Program-made: the position numbers and the translations under genes
Assembly: GCA_964465155.1 (NCBI GenBank)
Contig: CAYXIH010000001.1
Span: 82,609 to 146,608, forward strand
Length of the DNA stretch: 64,000 nucleotides
Direction of reading: 5' to 3'
From: an uncultured Sphaerochaeta sp.
Lineage (GTDB): Bacteria; Spirochaetota; Spirochaetia; Sphaerochaetales; Sphaerochaetaceae
Shown: positions 1-8,973 of the stretch, one piece after another
Numbering within the stretch: position 1 is the first letter of the stretch
Layout of the letters: every line of letters begins with the position of its first letter
Notes under the pieces: model-generated
Seen by the model: the letters and a program-made list of their open reading frames with translations, nothing else
Database searches by the model: none
Told to the model about the DNA's origin: nothing

Positions 1-270
1 CTCAATGGCTTCTTCATAGGGGAGTGTGACGTTGCAAAATTGGTATCAAGGAGCAACGTCCCAACCTTGTTCATCCATGGAGCGGATGATTCCTATGTCC
101 CCACATCTATGGTCTATACCCTGTTTGAGGCATGTCACGCACCCAAGGACCTGATGGTTGTGCCTGGGGCGCAGCATGCTGAATCATTCTATGAGAATCC
201 AAGCCGGTATAGTCTCACTGTCAGGGAGTTCCTGCAGAGACCAGATGTCGTCTCTTGGAATACGAGGTAG
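1..270 (+). CDS. alpha/beta-fold hydrolase, C-terminal fragment (gene starts upstream of window)
   Basis: The frame is open from base 1 to TAG at 268-270. LFIHGADDSYVP...VVPGAQHAESF parallels the C-terminus of the next gene (LFIHGGADKFVP...IVDGAQHGQSY), so the two are tandem paralogs. Confidence 0.6.
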   Translation, partial: LNGFFIGECDVAKLVSRSNVPTLFIHGADDSYVPTSMVYTLFEACHAPKDLMVVPGAQHAESFYENPSRYSLTVREFLQRPDVVSWNTR

Positions 271-276
271 GAAATC

Positions 277-1224
277 ATGTCCGCTATGACGATCTTCTGG
301 ATTGTGCTGGGAAGCGTGCTGGGGTTCCTCCTGATCTTTGGATATGCAAGTTACCACGCCATGTTCCTGCGTGCCGGAAATCCCCGGGCTCCACACCCTG
401 GAAAACGCAAGCGCACTGTTGCCAAGCAACTGTTTGCGGACAACTATGCCCATGCGATCGAGTACCTGGAGCAGTGGGGATATGAAACCGTCTCGATCCT
501 CAACTTCCAGGGCAAGCACCTGATCGGATACTACTTCAAGGCAAAGCATCCCACCGACACAATCGCATTGTGCTTCCATGGGTTCCGCAATACCGCGTTC
601 AATGAATTCCTGTACCACACGCGGATGTACCTGGAGCACTTTGGCTTTGATGTCCTGATCGTCGACAACAAGGCCCATGGGGCCAGCGACGGGACACGCA
701 TAGGTTTTTCCTGGAATGACCGCCGCGACTGCATCCAGTGGTGCCATTGGATTGCTGACAACATGGGACCTGACAAGAAAGTCTTGCTGCAGGGGATCAG
801 CATGGGGGCCGCAACCGTGCTTAGTGCAGCTGGGGAACCCTATTGCCCTTCAAATGTCAGGTGGATAGTCTCGGACTGCTCGTTCTCCACGCTGAAGGAG
901 GAGTTGCTGCACGTGATGCACAAAAGCGTATGGCTGCCTACGTTCCCATTCTATTATATCCTCTCGCTCTATTGCAGGATCTTCAATGGATTCTGGGTCA
1001 AGGTAGTGGATGTCAGGCGCCAGGTCTCGAACATCAAGGTGCCTGTCCTCTTTATCCATGGTGGGGCAGACAAGTTTGTCCCGACCCGAATGGCCTTCTC
1101 GTTGTATGAGGCATGCAATTCCCCCAAGGACATCATCATCGTCGATGGTGCACAACATGGCCAGAGCTATCTCCTGGGTTCGGTGAAATACATCGCTGGG
1201 ATAGAGGAGCTTGTGGAGAAATAG
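277..1224 (+). CDS. alpha/beta-fold hydrolase with N-terminal membrane anchor
   Basis: 315-aa ORF with an N-terminal hydrophobic helix (IFWIVLGSVLGFLLIFGY). It has the nucleophile elbow GISMGA (G-x-S-x-G) and C-terminal FIHGGADKFVP / DGAQHG acid-His regions. Confidence 0.75.
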   Translation: MSAMTIFWIVLGSVLGFLLIFGYASYHAMFLRAGNPRAPHPGKRKRTVAKQLFADNYAHAIEYLEQWGYETVSILNFQGKHLIGYYFKAKHPTDTIALCFHGFRNTAFNEFLYHTRMYLEHFGFDVLIVDNKAHGASDGTRIGFSWNDRRDCIQWCHWIADNMGPDKKVLLQGISMGAATVLSAAGEPYCPSNVRWIVSDCSFSTLKEELLHVMHKSVWLPTFPFYYILSLYCRIFNGFWVKVVDVRRQVSNIKVPVLFIHGGADKFVPTRMAFSLYEACNSPKDIIIVDGAQHGQSYLLGSVKYIAGIEELVEK

Positions 1225-1324
1225 AAACAAACCGAAACAACCAGTTTCGTTGTGTTTCGTTATTGACCTGATATTACTCTTTCCATAACATGTTATTAAA
1301 CTTGGTTTAATAAGTAGGGGTGGT

Positions 1325-2308
1325 ATGGATACGACGTTTCGGCAATCGCACTTGAAGCGGGTGCGAGATGTGTTGCTGGGAACAGATGGAATGAGTGTCA
1401 GGCAGATTGCCATGGCAACAGGCCTGAGCTTGGTGACCATCGGGAAGATACTCCAGGACATGGAGCGTATGGGGCTCCTGCAGGAAACGCTCAAGGAATC
1501 CTCTTCTCTGGGAAGACCCAGTTCCATCTATTCGTACAATCCAGAAAGTGCGGTTGCCATACTTCTCAATGCCTCCATCGTAGCAGGAGGTAAGAGCAAC
1601 GTCGTTACCAGCGTGGTGAATCTCCTGGGTGAGACAACCAGTTCAAGTTCCGTGGTTGCCGACGACGTTGACATGCCATTGCTCCGGTCGTTGGTGGACA
1701 CTGCTTTGGATGCATACCCACAAGCCCAAGCAATTGGGCTTGTGCTTCCCTCTGTCGTGAAAGAGGGTACGGTCACCACTGGTGACTATGGGAAACTCAA
1801 TGGGGTGGCACTTGTCACCGAACTGCAGGATGCAACATCGTTGCCTGTGTTCTGCAGCAATGATGTCAATGCTGCGGTAAAGGGTCTCTCAGTCTGGTCA
1901 TCCGAACCGACACCCTGTTGCGTGTACCTCTACTTTCCCCCGGCGTATCCTCCTGGGGCTGGAATATTGATCGGTGATGAAGTGTTGCTGGGTGCGAACA
2001 ACCTTGCAGGGGAAGTGGGACAGCTTCCCTTCGAGCTTGACTGGAAGGAAATTCCCCAAGGAGCATTCCAGTGGTATCTGCGTAGGACCACCAGGGTGCT
2101 ATGCAGCATACTCAACCCATCCATGATTGCATTTAGCGGAAGCAATATCGATGCAGAGGTCCTGGAGGATGTGCATCAGTATTTGCTTGAAACGATTTTG
2201 GCTGAAGCGGTTCCCTCATTGGTCGTCCGTGAAAACTTCATCACAGACGTAGACATGGGCTTGAAGGCAATGGCCTTGGATGTCCTTCGCAATGGAGATT
2301 TCTCATAA
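1325..2308 (+). CDS. ROK-family-like transcriptional regulator (short form)
   Basis: The N-terminal winged-HTH-like segment is GMSVRQIAMATGLSLVTIGKILQDMERMGLL. The C-terminal sugar-kinase-like fold has GAGILIGDEVLLGANNLAGEVGQ. Its TAA overlaps the ATG of the MFS gene by 1 nt (TAATG at 2306-2310). Confidence 0.6.
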   Translation: MDTTFRQSHLKRVRDVLLGTDGMSVRQIAMATGLSLVTIGKILQDMERMGLLQETLKESSSLGRPSSIYSYNPESAVAILLNASIVAGGKSNVVTSVVNLLGETTSSSSVVADDVDMPLLRSLVDTALDAYPQAQAIGLVLPSVVKEGTVTTGDYGKLNGVALVTELQDATSLPVFCSNDVNAAVKGLSVWSSEPTPCCVYLYFPPAYPPGAGILIGDEVLLGANNLAGEVGQLPFELDWKEIPQGAFQWYLRRTTRVLCSILNPSMIAFSGSNIDAEVLEDVHQYLLETILAEAVPSLVVRENFITDVDMGLKAMALDVLRNGDFS

Positions 2309-3471
2309 TGGCGACCTTGTTTCTGATTATCATCTACCTGACGTTCATCTCACTTGGACTTCCTGACAGCCTGTTTGGTGCGGCATGGCCGGCGATGAGG
2401 ATCCAATTCGGACTTCCATTCTCATATGCCGGGTACCTGTCGGTGGTCATCAGCGGATGTACCATCATCTCATCGCTGTGCAGCGGATGGATTCTGAGGC
2501 GGTTCAAGACCGGGCCTGTGACGCTGGTGAGCGTTGTCATGACTGCCGTGGCCTTGATGGGGTTCTCACTGAGCAACTCGTTTGGATGGTTGTTCCTGCT
2601 GGCACTTCCACTGGGCCTGGGAGCTGGTACGATCGACTCGGCGCTGAACAACTACGTGGCGACACATTACCAGGCAAGGCACATGAATTGGTTGCATTGC
2701 TGCTGGGGGATCGGGGCAACAGTCGGTCCCTTGATCATGGGGGCATGCATTGCCAGGACAGGAAGGTGGCAGGCAGGATACCTGACCATTTCCCTGATCC
2801 AGTGTGGTATTGCACTGCTGTTGGCGTTGACACTGAGGTTGTGGAAGCAAGTCGGGCAACGGAACCTCCATGAAAGCGAGCTTTCGCAGCAGGTTCGCAT
2901 GGACGCTCAGCCTGTCTCCATAGTTCCTGCATTGCTGGCGTTCTTCTGCTACTGCACCATCGAAAGCACCACCGGACTGTGGGGAGCAACCTACTTGGCA
3001 TCGATGCGGGGCCTTTCTGCAGCCGACGCAGCATTTTGGGTCTCCATGTTCTTCCTTGGAATTACCGTGGGACGCTTTCTCAGCGGATTCCTGACTTTCA
3101 GGTTTTCCAACAACCAGCTCATCACATTTGGAATTGGCATCTGTGCCATTGGAATTGTCCTCATGGCGATCAAGAGTGCAGTATGGACCGCCATGGCCGG
3201 CTTGATGCTCATCGGGTTGGGATTGGCTCCGATGTTCCCTGCCATGCTTCAGGAGACACCCAGGAGGTTTGGGTTGGAAAAGGCCCAGCAAGCAATGGGC
3301 TTCCAGATGGCTGCGGCATATTGTGGTGCCTCGTTCATGCCCCCTGTGTTTGGGGTGCTTGCCCAACAGACATCCCTGGGCTTGCTCCCTCTCTGGCAAG
3401 CAAGTGCATTGGTGGGGCTGGCCGTATGTTTCGCTATTACGACCCACAGTATGGCTAGGCGTGCCAAATAG
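2308..3471 (+). CDS. MFS transporter, FHS (fucose/glucose/galactose:H+ symporter)-like
   Basis: 387 aa with about 12 hydrophobic segments. The segment DSALNNYVATHYQARHMNWLHCCWGIGATVGP resembles the FHS-family signature around TM4-5. Family assignment is by motif resemblance only. Confidence 0.7.
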   Translation: MATLFLIIIYLTFISLGLPDSLFGAAWPAMRIQFGLPFSYAGYLSVVISGCTIISSLCSGWILRRFKTGPVTLVSVVMTAVALMGFSLSNSFGWLFLLALPLGLGAGTIDSALNNYVATHYQARHMNWLHCCWGIGATVGPLIMGACIARTGRWQAGYLTISLIQCGIALLLALTLRLWKQVGQRNLHESELSQQVRMDAQPVSIVPALLAFFCYCTIESTTGLWGATYLASMRGLSAADAAFWVSMFFLGITVGRFLSGFLTFRFSNNQLITFGIGICAIGIVLMAIKSAVWTAMAGLMLIGLGLAPMFPAMLQETPRRFGLEKAQQAMGFQMAAAYCGASFMPPVFGVLAQQTSLGLLPLWQASALVGLAVCFAITTHSMARRAK

Positions 3472-3534
3472 GTTTTGGCAGGTGCACAACAACGGTGCAA
3501 ACATGCTAAGATGCCCGGTATCCAAGGAGATTCT

Positions 3535-4650
3535 ATGACAATGCACCGTTCCATCATGATCAAGCCTGCCTCAAGTGCCTGCAACCTGGCATGCGACTAT
3601 TGTTTCTACAAGGATGAGGCCGCCCACCGCCAGCAGGCGTGTTGGAAGCCGATGGACATAGATGTTGCAAGAGCGTTGGTGTCAGCTGCCATGGCAGATG
3701 CACAACATGTCACCTTTGCATTCCAAGGGGGGGAACCTACACTGGTAGGACTGCCGTGGTTCGAACAATTCGTCCAGCTGGTCAACGAGCAGGCTCATAC
3801 GGGTTGCAAGGTCTCCTACGCCTTGCAGACCAACGCCACGTTGTTGGATGATGCTTGGGGCGCCTTTCTCCATGAACATGATTTCTTGGTGGGTGTGTCG
3901 TTCGACGGATATCCCATGCTCAACAACTTGCACCGCCAGACAACTGCTGGCTCCAAAAGCAGTGCCATGGTCAAGGCAGGTATCCAATGCCTGCAGCACA
4001 ACCAGGTGCAGTACAATATCCTGTCGGTCGTAACAGACGAGATGTGCTCGAACTTTGGTGCAATGTGGGGGTCGGTGCTCAGGGAAGGTCATACGTACCT
4101 GCAGTTCATCCCGTGCCTTGATCCACTGCAGGGGGAGATGAACCGGTTTCTCTCACCCCAGAACTATGGCAAGTTCCTCTGTGACCTGTTTGGAGCCTGG
4201 GAACGATCGTATTACCACGGACCGTACATCTACATCAGGTTCTTTGAGAATATCATCATGCAGCTTGCAGGGGTGCCAGCCGAAGAGTGTGACATGCGCG
4301 GTGCCTGTTCGGTACAGTATGTCGTGGAGAGCAACGGGAATGTCTACCCATGCGATTTCTACTGCCTGGACAGCCATGTGCTTGGCAATGTCGTGGACCA
4401 TACGTTTGCCCAGCTGGACCAACGAAGGGAAGAGATCAAATTCCTGGATGTGCCACAGCTCCCAGCGCAATGCTTGGAATGTGCGTGTGTCGGTGTTTGC
4501 CACAATGGCTGTCCGCGCAACCGGGATACAGCAGGAGTGTTCAGGTATTGCAGCAGCTATCGGAAGCTCTTTGCAGAATATGGGAGCCATATGCAGGCAA
4601 TTGCGGCTGATGTCATTCAGAGGCGGAAGTCTGAGGGATTGACCCCATAG
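3535..4650 (+). CDS. anaerobic sulfatase-maturating enzyme (radical SAM / SPASM)
   Basis: The radical-SAM motif CNLACDYC (CxxxCxxC) lies near the N-terminus. C-terminal SPASM-type Cys clusters are present (CDMRGACSVQY...YPCDFYC and CLECACVGVCHNGCPRNR). I chose the ATG at 3535 because AAGGAG lies 5-6 nt upstream. The longer ORF begins at 3475. Confidence 0.85.
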   Translation: MTMHRSIMIKPASSACNLACDYCFYKDEAAHRQQACWKPMDIDVARALVSAAMADAQHVTFAFQGGEPTLVGLPWFEQFVQLVNEQAHTGCKVSYALQTNATLLDDAWGAFLHEHDFLVGVSFDGYPMLNNLHRQTTAGSKSSAMVKAGIQCLQHNQVQYNILSVVTDEMCSNFGAMWGSVLREGHTYLQFIPCLDPLQGEMNRFLSPQNYGKFLCDLFGAWERSYYHGPYIYIRFFENIIMQLAGVPAEECDMRGACSVQYVVESNGNVYPCDFYCLDSHVLGNVVDHTFAQLDQRREEIKFLDVPQLPAQCLECACVGVCHNGCPRNRDTAGVFRYCSSYRKLFAEYGSHMQAIAADVIQRRKSEGLTP

Positions 4651-6830
4651 CATTTCCTGAATGCCCTGCGGAACGTTTGCGCATTTGCATATCCGCATTG
4701 CATCGCCACCTCGTTGATCGGAGGGTGGTGGGAATCGCTGAGCATGTCCTTTGCCTGCTGGAGCCGGTATGCCTCCAGGTAGGATGCAAAACTGTTGTTC
4801 AGGCGGGCATACATGAAATGGTAGAGGTAGCTCTCCTTGAGCTTGAGATCCTGGGCCATCGTGGTCAATGTCAGAGCAGGTTCCTGGTAATGGCCTGCAA
4901 TGTAGTTGCCGATCTCGTCTGCAAGGACAACCTCGCGCTCGTTCCGGGCAGGAGATGTCCGCCGTGCCTGTTCTTCAAAGAAAGAGAGCGCATCCTCGAA
5001 CAGTGTGAAGTGGGTGGGCACTACAGTCCGTCCCTGTTTCTGGCAATAGGAGAAAGCAGTCCGGTACAGGGCATTGAGCAACTCATGTTCCTGCTCGCTG
5101 CTCAGCTTGCGGACATGGTAGTTTTGCTCGTACAACGCTTCGAGCACACTGTTGGTCTGGTCGAGGTCTTGTTTCATGCAAGCTGCGATCAGGGCTTTCT
5201 CCTCATCCTTGCCATAGCAGAAGCTATCGATTCTCTTCTCTATCTCATCATATTTTCGCAAGATGTTCTCAAGCCGTTCGTTGCGGAGGCTCCACTCGAC
5301 CCTGTCGCATTGCCTGGGGGCAAAGGCGATGTCAGCGACTGTGACATCATTACCGCTCACCGCGACTGAGGTTTCATCAGATGTGTATTTCTTGAACGCT
5401 TTCCAAAACGCATCTACGCAGGTGTTCAATCTGCTACGGGCACTTGCCCATGCCAAGACCCAGATGTTGTATGAATAGTCCATGTAGAGATAGCAAGAAC
5501 TTCCGAATTGGTCATGCGCTTCATGCTCCGCGGCAAGGCGGGTAAAGTCGGCCACATCCATTGGCATGTTCGGCATTTGCCTGTTCCAAAAGATCTTGAG
5601 CATCACAACCGGGGTTGCAGGGCTGACCATTACCGTCTTGTGCATCTGCTGCATCAGGTGTATCAGTGCCGTGTTGTCGATCTCCTTGCCATGTATCAGC
5701 CTCCTGAACAAGGTCTCCACCATGTAGGGGGCCATGCCACTTTGGATGTCCTCCTTGTTCCGATCTGCAGTGATGGACCTGATGGAATCGGCAATTTGTT
5801 CATACGAGGCTGGATTGGTGCCATTGCGGGTGTCGAGCAACTGCTTGAGCCGATTCCAGTCTCTCTGGCTTCCATATGCATTGCCCCCCAAGATGAGGAA
5901 GCAGACGCACAATGCGATGGCACATACCAGAGAAATGACGGTGAGCACTGGGTTGAACATCAGTTTCCCATAGGAGTAGGGGACTGCCGAGAAGAAACGC
6001 AGGCCACTTGTTTCACTGGACTCGACCGATACGATGAATCGTTTCCCATCGGAGTCCTTGAGCAGGTGATGGCCGTCGGAGAGCTTGGGGACAGTCCAGG
6101 TGGAAGCCCCGCTGGAAAGGATCACCGAGTCTTTGAAATCGGTGACGCAATATGCACCCCCTGTTCCCAAGTCCAGGTTGTCCAGCATGTCGAAGAAGAG
6201 CTGGGCATCCAGCAGCAGCATGACCTTGCCAGCGTTTTCCGATGGATTGAGGAGGGGGTAGGTAGAGACATAGGGAAGTACTTTGCGTTGCTGTCCGTCC
6301 ACAATAGCATCGGTTACAGGGAACCAGCGGTTGCTGGTGCTGCTCCACAGATATTTGCTTTGCCATTGCCGGGCGTTCATTCCCTCGAAGGCGAACAACG
6401 GGTACATGGCATCTATGTCGAAGAATGCATTGCTGCTGGTCAACAGGCTATCGCTTGCACGTGAATAGACGAACAGCTCCAAGATCATGGGGTCGACGTA
6501 CCTTGCCGTGGGAAGCTGTGCCTGTGCATCGATGACTTCCTGTATCTCGCTCGATCCCTCTGGTATGGGGGGAAGATACATGAACCTGCTGACGTTCTTG
6601 TTGAGCAGCAACATCTTGGACAACTTGATCGCCTGCCCAATGTCACCCTCCACAGAAGCCTGGGTCATGGCGAGCATGGCAAGGTTCTGTTCAATTGCCT
6701 TCTGACGTTCCTGTGTCACTTGGATCATCTGGGAGATGATGAGGGCACTGAAGCATATGATGAATACGCTGGAGAGAAGGACGATCATGTTGGAGGACAA
6801 GGTGTCTATACGTCGGTGCTTGTTGGTCAT
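4617..6830 (-). CDS. membrane-anchored sensor/AraC-family transcriptional regulator (one-component)
   Basis: The C-terminus carries a classic AraC HTH (INEVAMQCGYANAQTFRRAFRKCYGVNPSDFR). Two TM helices (MIVLLSSVFIICFSALIISQMI and VLTVISLVCAIALCVCFLILGG) bracket a ~270-aa extracytoplasmic domain. The start is ATG at 6830, and an in-frame TTG at 6869 is the alternative. The 3' end overlaps the anSME gene by 34 nt (convergent). Confidence 0.75.
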   Translation of the reverse strand: MTNKHRRIDTLSSNMIVLLSSVFIICFSALIISQMIQVTQERQKAIEQNLAMLAMTQASVEGDIGQAIKLSKMLLLNKNVSRFMYLPPIPEGSSEIQEVIDAQAQLPTARYVDPMILELFVYSRASDSLLTSSNAFFDIDAMYPLFAFEGMNARQWQSKYLWSSTSNRWFPVTDAIVDGQQRKVLPYVSTYPLLNPSENAGKVMLLLDAQLFFDMLDNLDLGTGGAYCVTDFKDSVILSSGASTWTVPKLSDGHHLLKDSDGKRFIVSVESSETSGLRFFSAVPYSYGKLMFNPVLTVISLVCAIALCVCFLILGGNAYGSQRDWNRLKQLLDTRNGTNPASYEQIADSIRSITADRNKEDIQSGMAPYMVETLFRRLIHGKEIDNTALIHLMQQMHKTVMVSPATPVVMLKIFWNRQMPNMPMDVADFTRLAAEHEAHDQFGSSCYLYMDYSYNIWVLAWASARSRLNTCVDAFWKAFKKYTSDETSVAVSGNDVTVADIAFAPRQCDRVEWSLRNERLENILRKYDEIEKRIDSFCYGKDEEKALIAACMKQDLDQTNSVLEALYEQNYHVRKLSSEQEHELLNALYRTAFSYCQKQGRTVVPTHFTLFEDALSFFEEQARRTSPARNEREVVLADEIGNYIAGHYQEPALTLTTMAQDLKLKESYLYHFMYARLNNSFASYLEAYRLQQAKDMLSDSHHPPINEVAMQCGYANAQTFRRAFRKCYGVNPSDFRL

Positions 6831-6892
6831 CGACGGCAGTATAGCATGGTTTTTGCTGGCACAAAACAAAGAGTGACTATATAATTCATCCT

Positions 6893-7438
6893 ATGAAAAA
6901 AATAGTGACCGTCATGTCCATCATATGTGCACTGATGCTCTCTTCGTGTGCTACACAGCCCAAGCAAGAGCAGTCCCTGATACATAATCTCCAGGGAAAG
7001 GTGCTTACTGCCCAAGGAGTTCCTGTCGTGTTGGACAGTGAATACTATTTGGTGTACTACGCGGCGAACTGGTGTCCGTACTGTACTGAGTTCACTGAAG
7101 AGCTTCGGGGTACATACGACCGGATTCGGCGGATGTACGGCAATGTGCAGATAGTGTTTGCCGGACATGTGCGCGACATATCCGATGCAGACATGGTGGA
7201 CTATCTTGCCAAAGGCAATTTTGACTTTGGGTACGTCCCGATGGCATATAGGGAGGCAACTGGGATCATGCAGCTTGTCGATGTCCCAAAGTTCTATATT
7301 CCTGGCTTTGTGCTGGTGGATGCCAACGGCAATGTCCTGTCATCTTCCAATGGGAATACCAAGGAATCATATGACTGCCGCAGGCCCCTGCAGTACTACG
7401 AGTCACTGCAGATGTGCGACTGCCTCACTTCTCAATGA
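6893..7438 (+). CDS. thioredoxin-fold (TlpA/AhpC-TSA-like) lipoprotein
   Basis: Signal peptide with lipobox (ICALMLSSC). The redox motif WCPYC sits in YYAANWCPYCTEF. The 3' end overlaps the convergent sulfatase gene by 7 nt. Confidence 0.65.
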   Translation: MKKIVTVMSIICALMLSSCATQPKQEQSLIHNLQGKVLTAQGVPVVLDSEYYLVYYAANWCPYCTEFTEELRGTYDRIRRMYGNVQIVFAGHVRDISDADMVDYLAKGNFDFGYVPMAYREATGIMQLVDVPKFYIPGFVLVDANGNVLSSSNGNTKESYDCRRPLQYYESLQMCDCLTSQ

Positions 7439-8913
7439 TGTTCCAACATCCATGATATGGTCTCCCATACTTCCTGTCCTTCGTTCTTCTGACGCGGGCC
7501 GGGTGTGCTTCTTCCGTCCCTGACAATCTGTGCAAGGCGTTGCTGCATGGATGCTGCTATTTCCTCATGTTCTTCAATGACGTTGTGCTGCTCCGAGATA
7601 TCGCTGCTGAGGTCGTACAGTTGCCTGGTGGGGAGGTGGGACGTGTCATCCACCCCTGGGCGTGGGAACGACCAGCCACCTGAGCCCGGGCACATCTCCA
7701 ATTTCCATTGCCCACGCCGCAGCGACAGAGAGCCATCAATGCTCTGGTGAACCAAGTCTTCCCGCACGTGCCCAATTCCTGTGTTGAGCCACAACGGGAG
7801 GTTGCTGATGCTATCTTCACCCATGTCCGGGGCAAGGGGAATCTGGGTGATATCCGACACGGTTGCCATGAGGTCGGACAGGCACACCAGTGCATTGCAG
7901 GTGGTGCCTCCGTCGATATGACCGTTCCATTGCACGATCAGGGGGATATGGTGCCCACCTTCGTAGATATCGGCTTTGGTACCCCTGAACACATAGCTTG
8001 GGTTGTGCCCATGCTGTGCAAGTTCCGGATAATTGGCCATGGGGGAGCATCCATTGTCGGATGTGAAAATAACTATTGTGTCCTGTTTTGATTCCTGCAC
8101 TGCATCCAATACTCTTCCTACGACAGAGTCGCAGTGCAGCACGAAGTCTCCATATGCATTGGTATGTGATCTTCCGATGAATTCCTTTGCTGGCAATATG
8201 GGGGTATGGGGAGCTGGCATGGGGAAGTAGATGAATTTTGGGTTGTCTGAATTGGATTGGATTTCTTGGACCACGCAGTCGGCCAGGTTGTCCAATACTT
8301 CGCTATGGACAAATCCCGGTGCAGTGGGTCCACTGCGCCAGAACTCCTTGCCTGTGGATTTCTCGATGGTATGGTCGGGAATGGCGGTGAACCGGTCATC
8401 CTTGATGTAGACGTACGGACTCATGTCCAACGATGCGCTGATCCCGTAGAACGTGTCGAACCCATTGCTGGTGGGACCGCGCCTGATGGGCTGTGCATAG
8501 TCTACGCCAGGGCATGCATCGAAATCTGGTTGTTCATGGAACGTCTTGTCTGTTGCAAACTCCATTCCCAGGTGCCATTTGCCAAATATGCAGGTGCGGT
8601 ACCCTGCCATCTTGAGCAAGTCGGCGACCGTCTTCCTCCCTTCGCTTATGATGGGCTTGGAGTACCCACCGGTAACCGATGACTTGAGGGTGCTCCTCCA
8701 GTTGTACCGTCCGGTGAGGATGGAGTAGCGCGAGGGGGTGCACACCGCCGAGGAGGCATGGGCATCGGTGAAGCGCATTCCATCATTGCACATTCGGTCA
8801 AAGGATGGGGTTTCGAAGGGACAACCGGGATTGTTGTGTTTGATATCGCCATAGCCCATGTCGTCAGCGAGGATGTAGATGATGTTTGGTAGTGTGTGCA
8901 TCGGGTGCTCCAT
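7432..8913 (-). CDS. Cys-type (formylglycine-dependent) sulfatase, no signal peptide
   Basis: N-terminal NIIYILADDMGYGD, sulfatase signature SSAVCTPSRYSILTGRY (C-x-P-x-R) and GKWHLG. An alternative start at 8901 (MHTLPN) has GGAG 6 nt upstream. Confidence 0.9.
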   Translation of the reverse strand: MEHPMHTLPNIIYILADDMGYGDIKHNNPGCPFETPSFDRMCNDGMRFTDAHASSAVCTPSRYSILTGRYNWRSTLKSSVTGGYSKPIISEGRKTVADLLKMAGYRTCIFGKWHLGMEFATDKTFHEQPDFDACPGVDYAQPIRRGPTSNGFDTFYGISASLDMSPYVYIKDDRFTAIPDHTIEKSTGKEFWRSGPTAPGFVHSEVLDNLADCVVQEIQSNSDNPKFIYFPMPAPHTPILPAKEFIGRSHTNAYGDFVLHCDSVVGRVLDAVQESKQDTIVIFTSDNGCSPMANYPELAQHGHNPSYVFRGTKADIYEGGHHIPLIVQWNGHIDGGTTCNALVCLSDLMATVSDITQIPLAPDMGEDSISNLPLWLNTGIGHVREDLVHQSIDGSLSLRRGQWKLEMCPGSGGWSFPRPGVDDTSHLPTRQLYDLSSDISEQHNVIEEHEEIAASMQQRLAQIVRDGRSTPGPRQKNEGQEVWETISWMLEHH

Positions 8914-8924
8914 GAAAGGAAGAG

Positions 8925-8950
8925 GCCGCCATGGCTTTCACCATGGCGGC
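8925..8950 (-). promoter_or_regulatory. intercistronic GC-rich stem-loop between the SBP gene and the sulfatase gene
   Basis: Perfect 10-bp inverted repeat GCCGCCATGG-cttca-type loop-CCATGGCGGC (8925-8934 / 8941-8950). There is no good U-tract on the transcribed (-) strand, so it looks more like an mRNA-stabilising or attenuating hairpin than a full terminator. Confidence 0.4.
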
Positions 8951-8973
8951 AATTTTGAAAAGCTAAGGATGTA

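Noticed and set aside
1225-1324. Hairpin CGAAAC-aacca-GTTTCG followed by TTGTGTTTCGTT as a terminator after the hydrolase gene
   Set aside because: The stem is only 6 bp and the U-tract is interrupted. It is plausible but too weak to list as a feature.
2566-3546. 326-aa - strand ORF opposite the MFS gene
   Set aside because: The + strand encodes a coherent 12-TM transporter. The antisense product is Cys/Gln/Pro/His-rich and has no start context.
5508-6464. 318-aa + strand ORF inside the AraC-type regulator gene
   Set aside because: The - strand product has TM helices and a textbook AraC HTH. The + strand translation is compositionally odd (His/Gly/Val-rich) with no motif.
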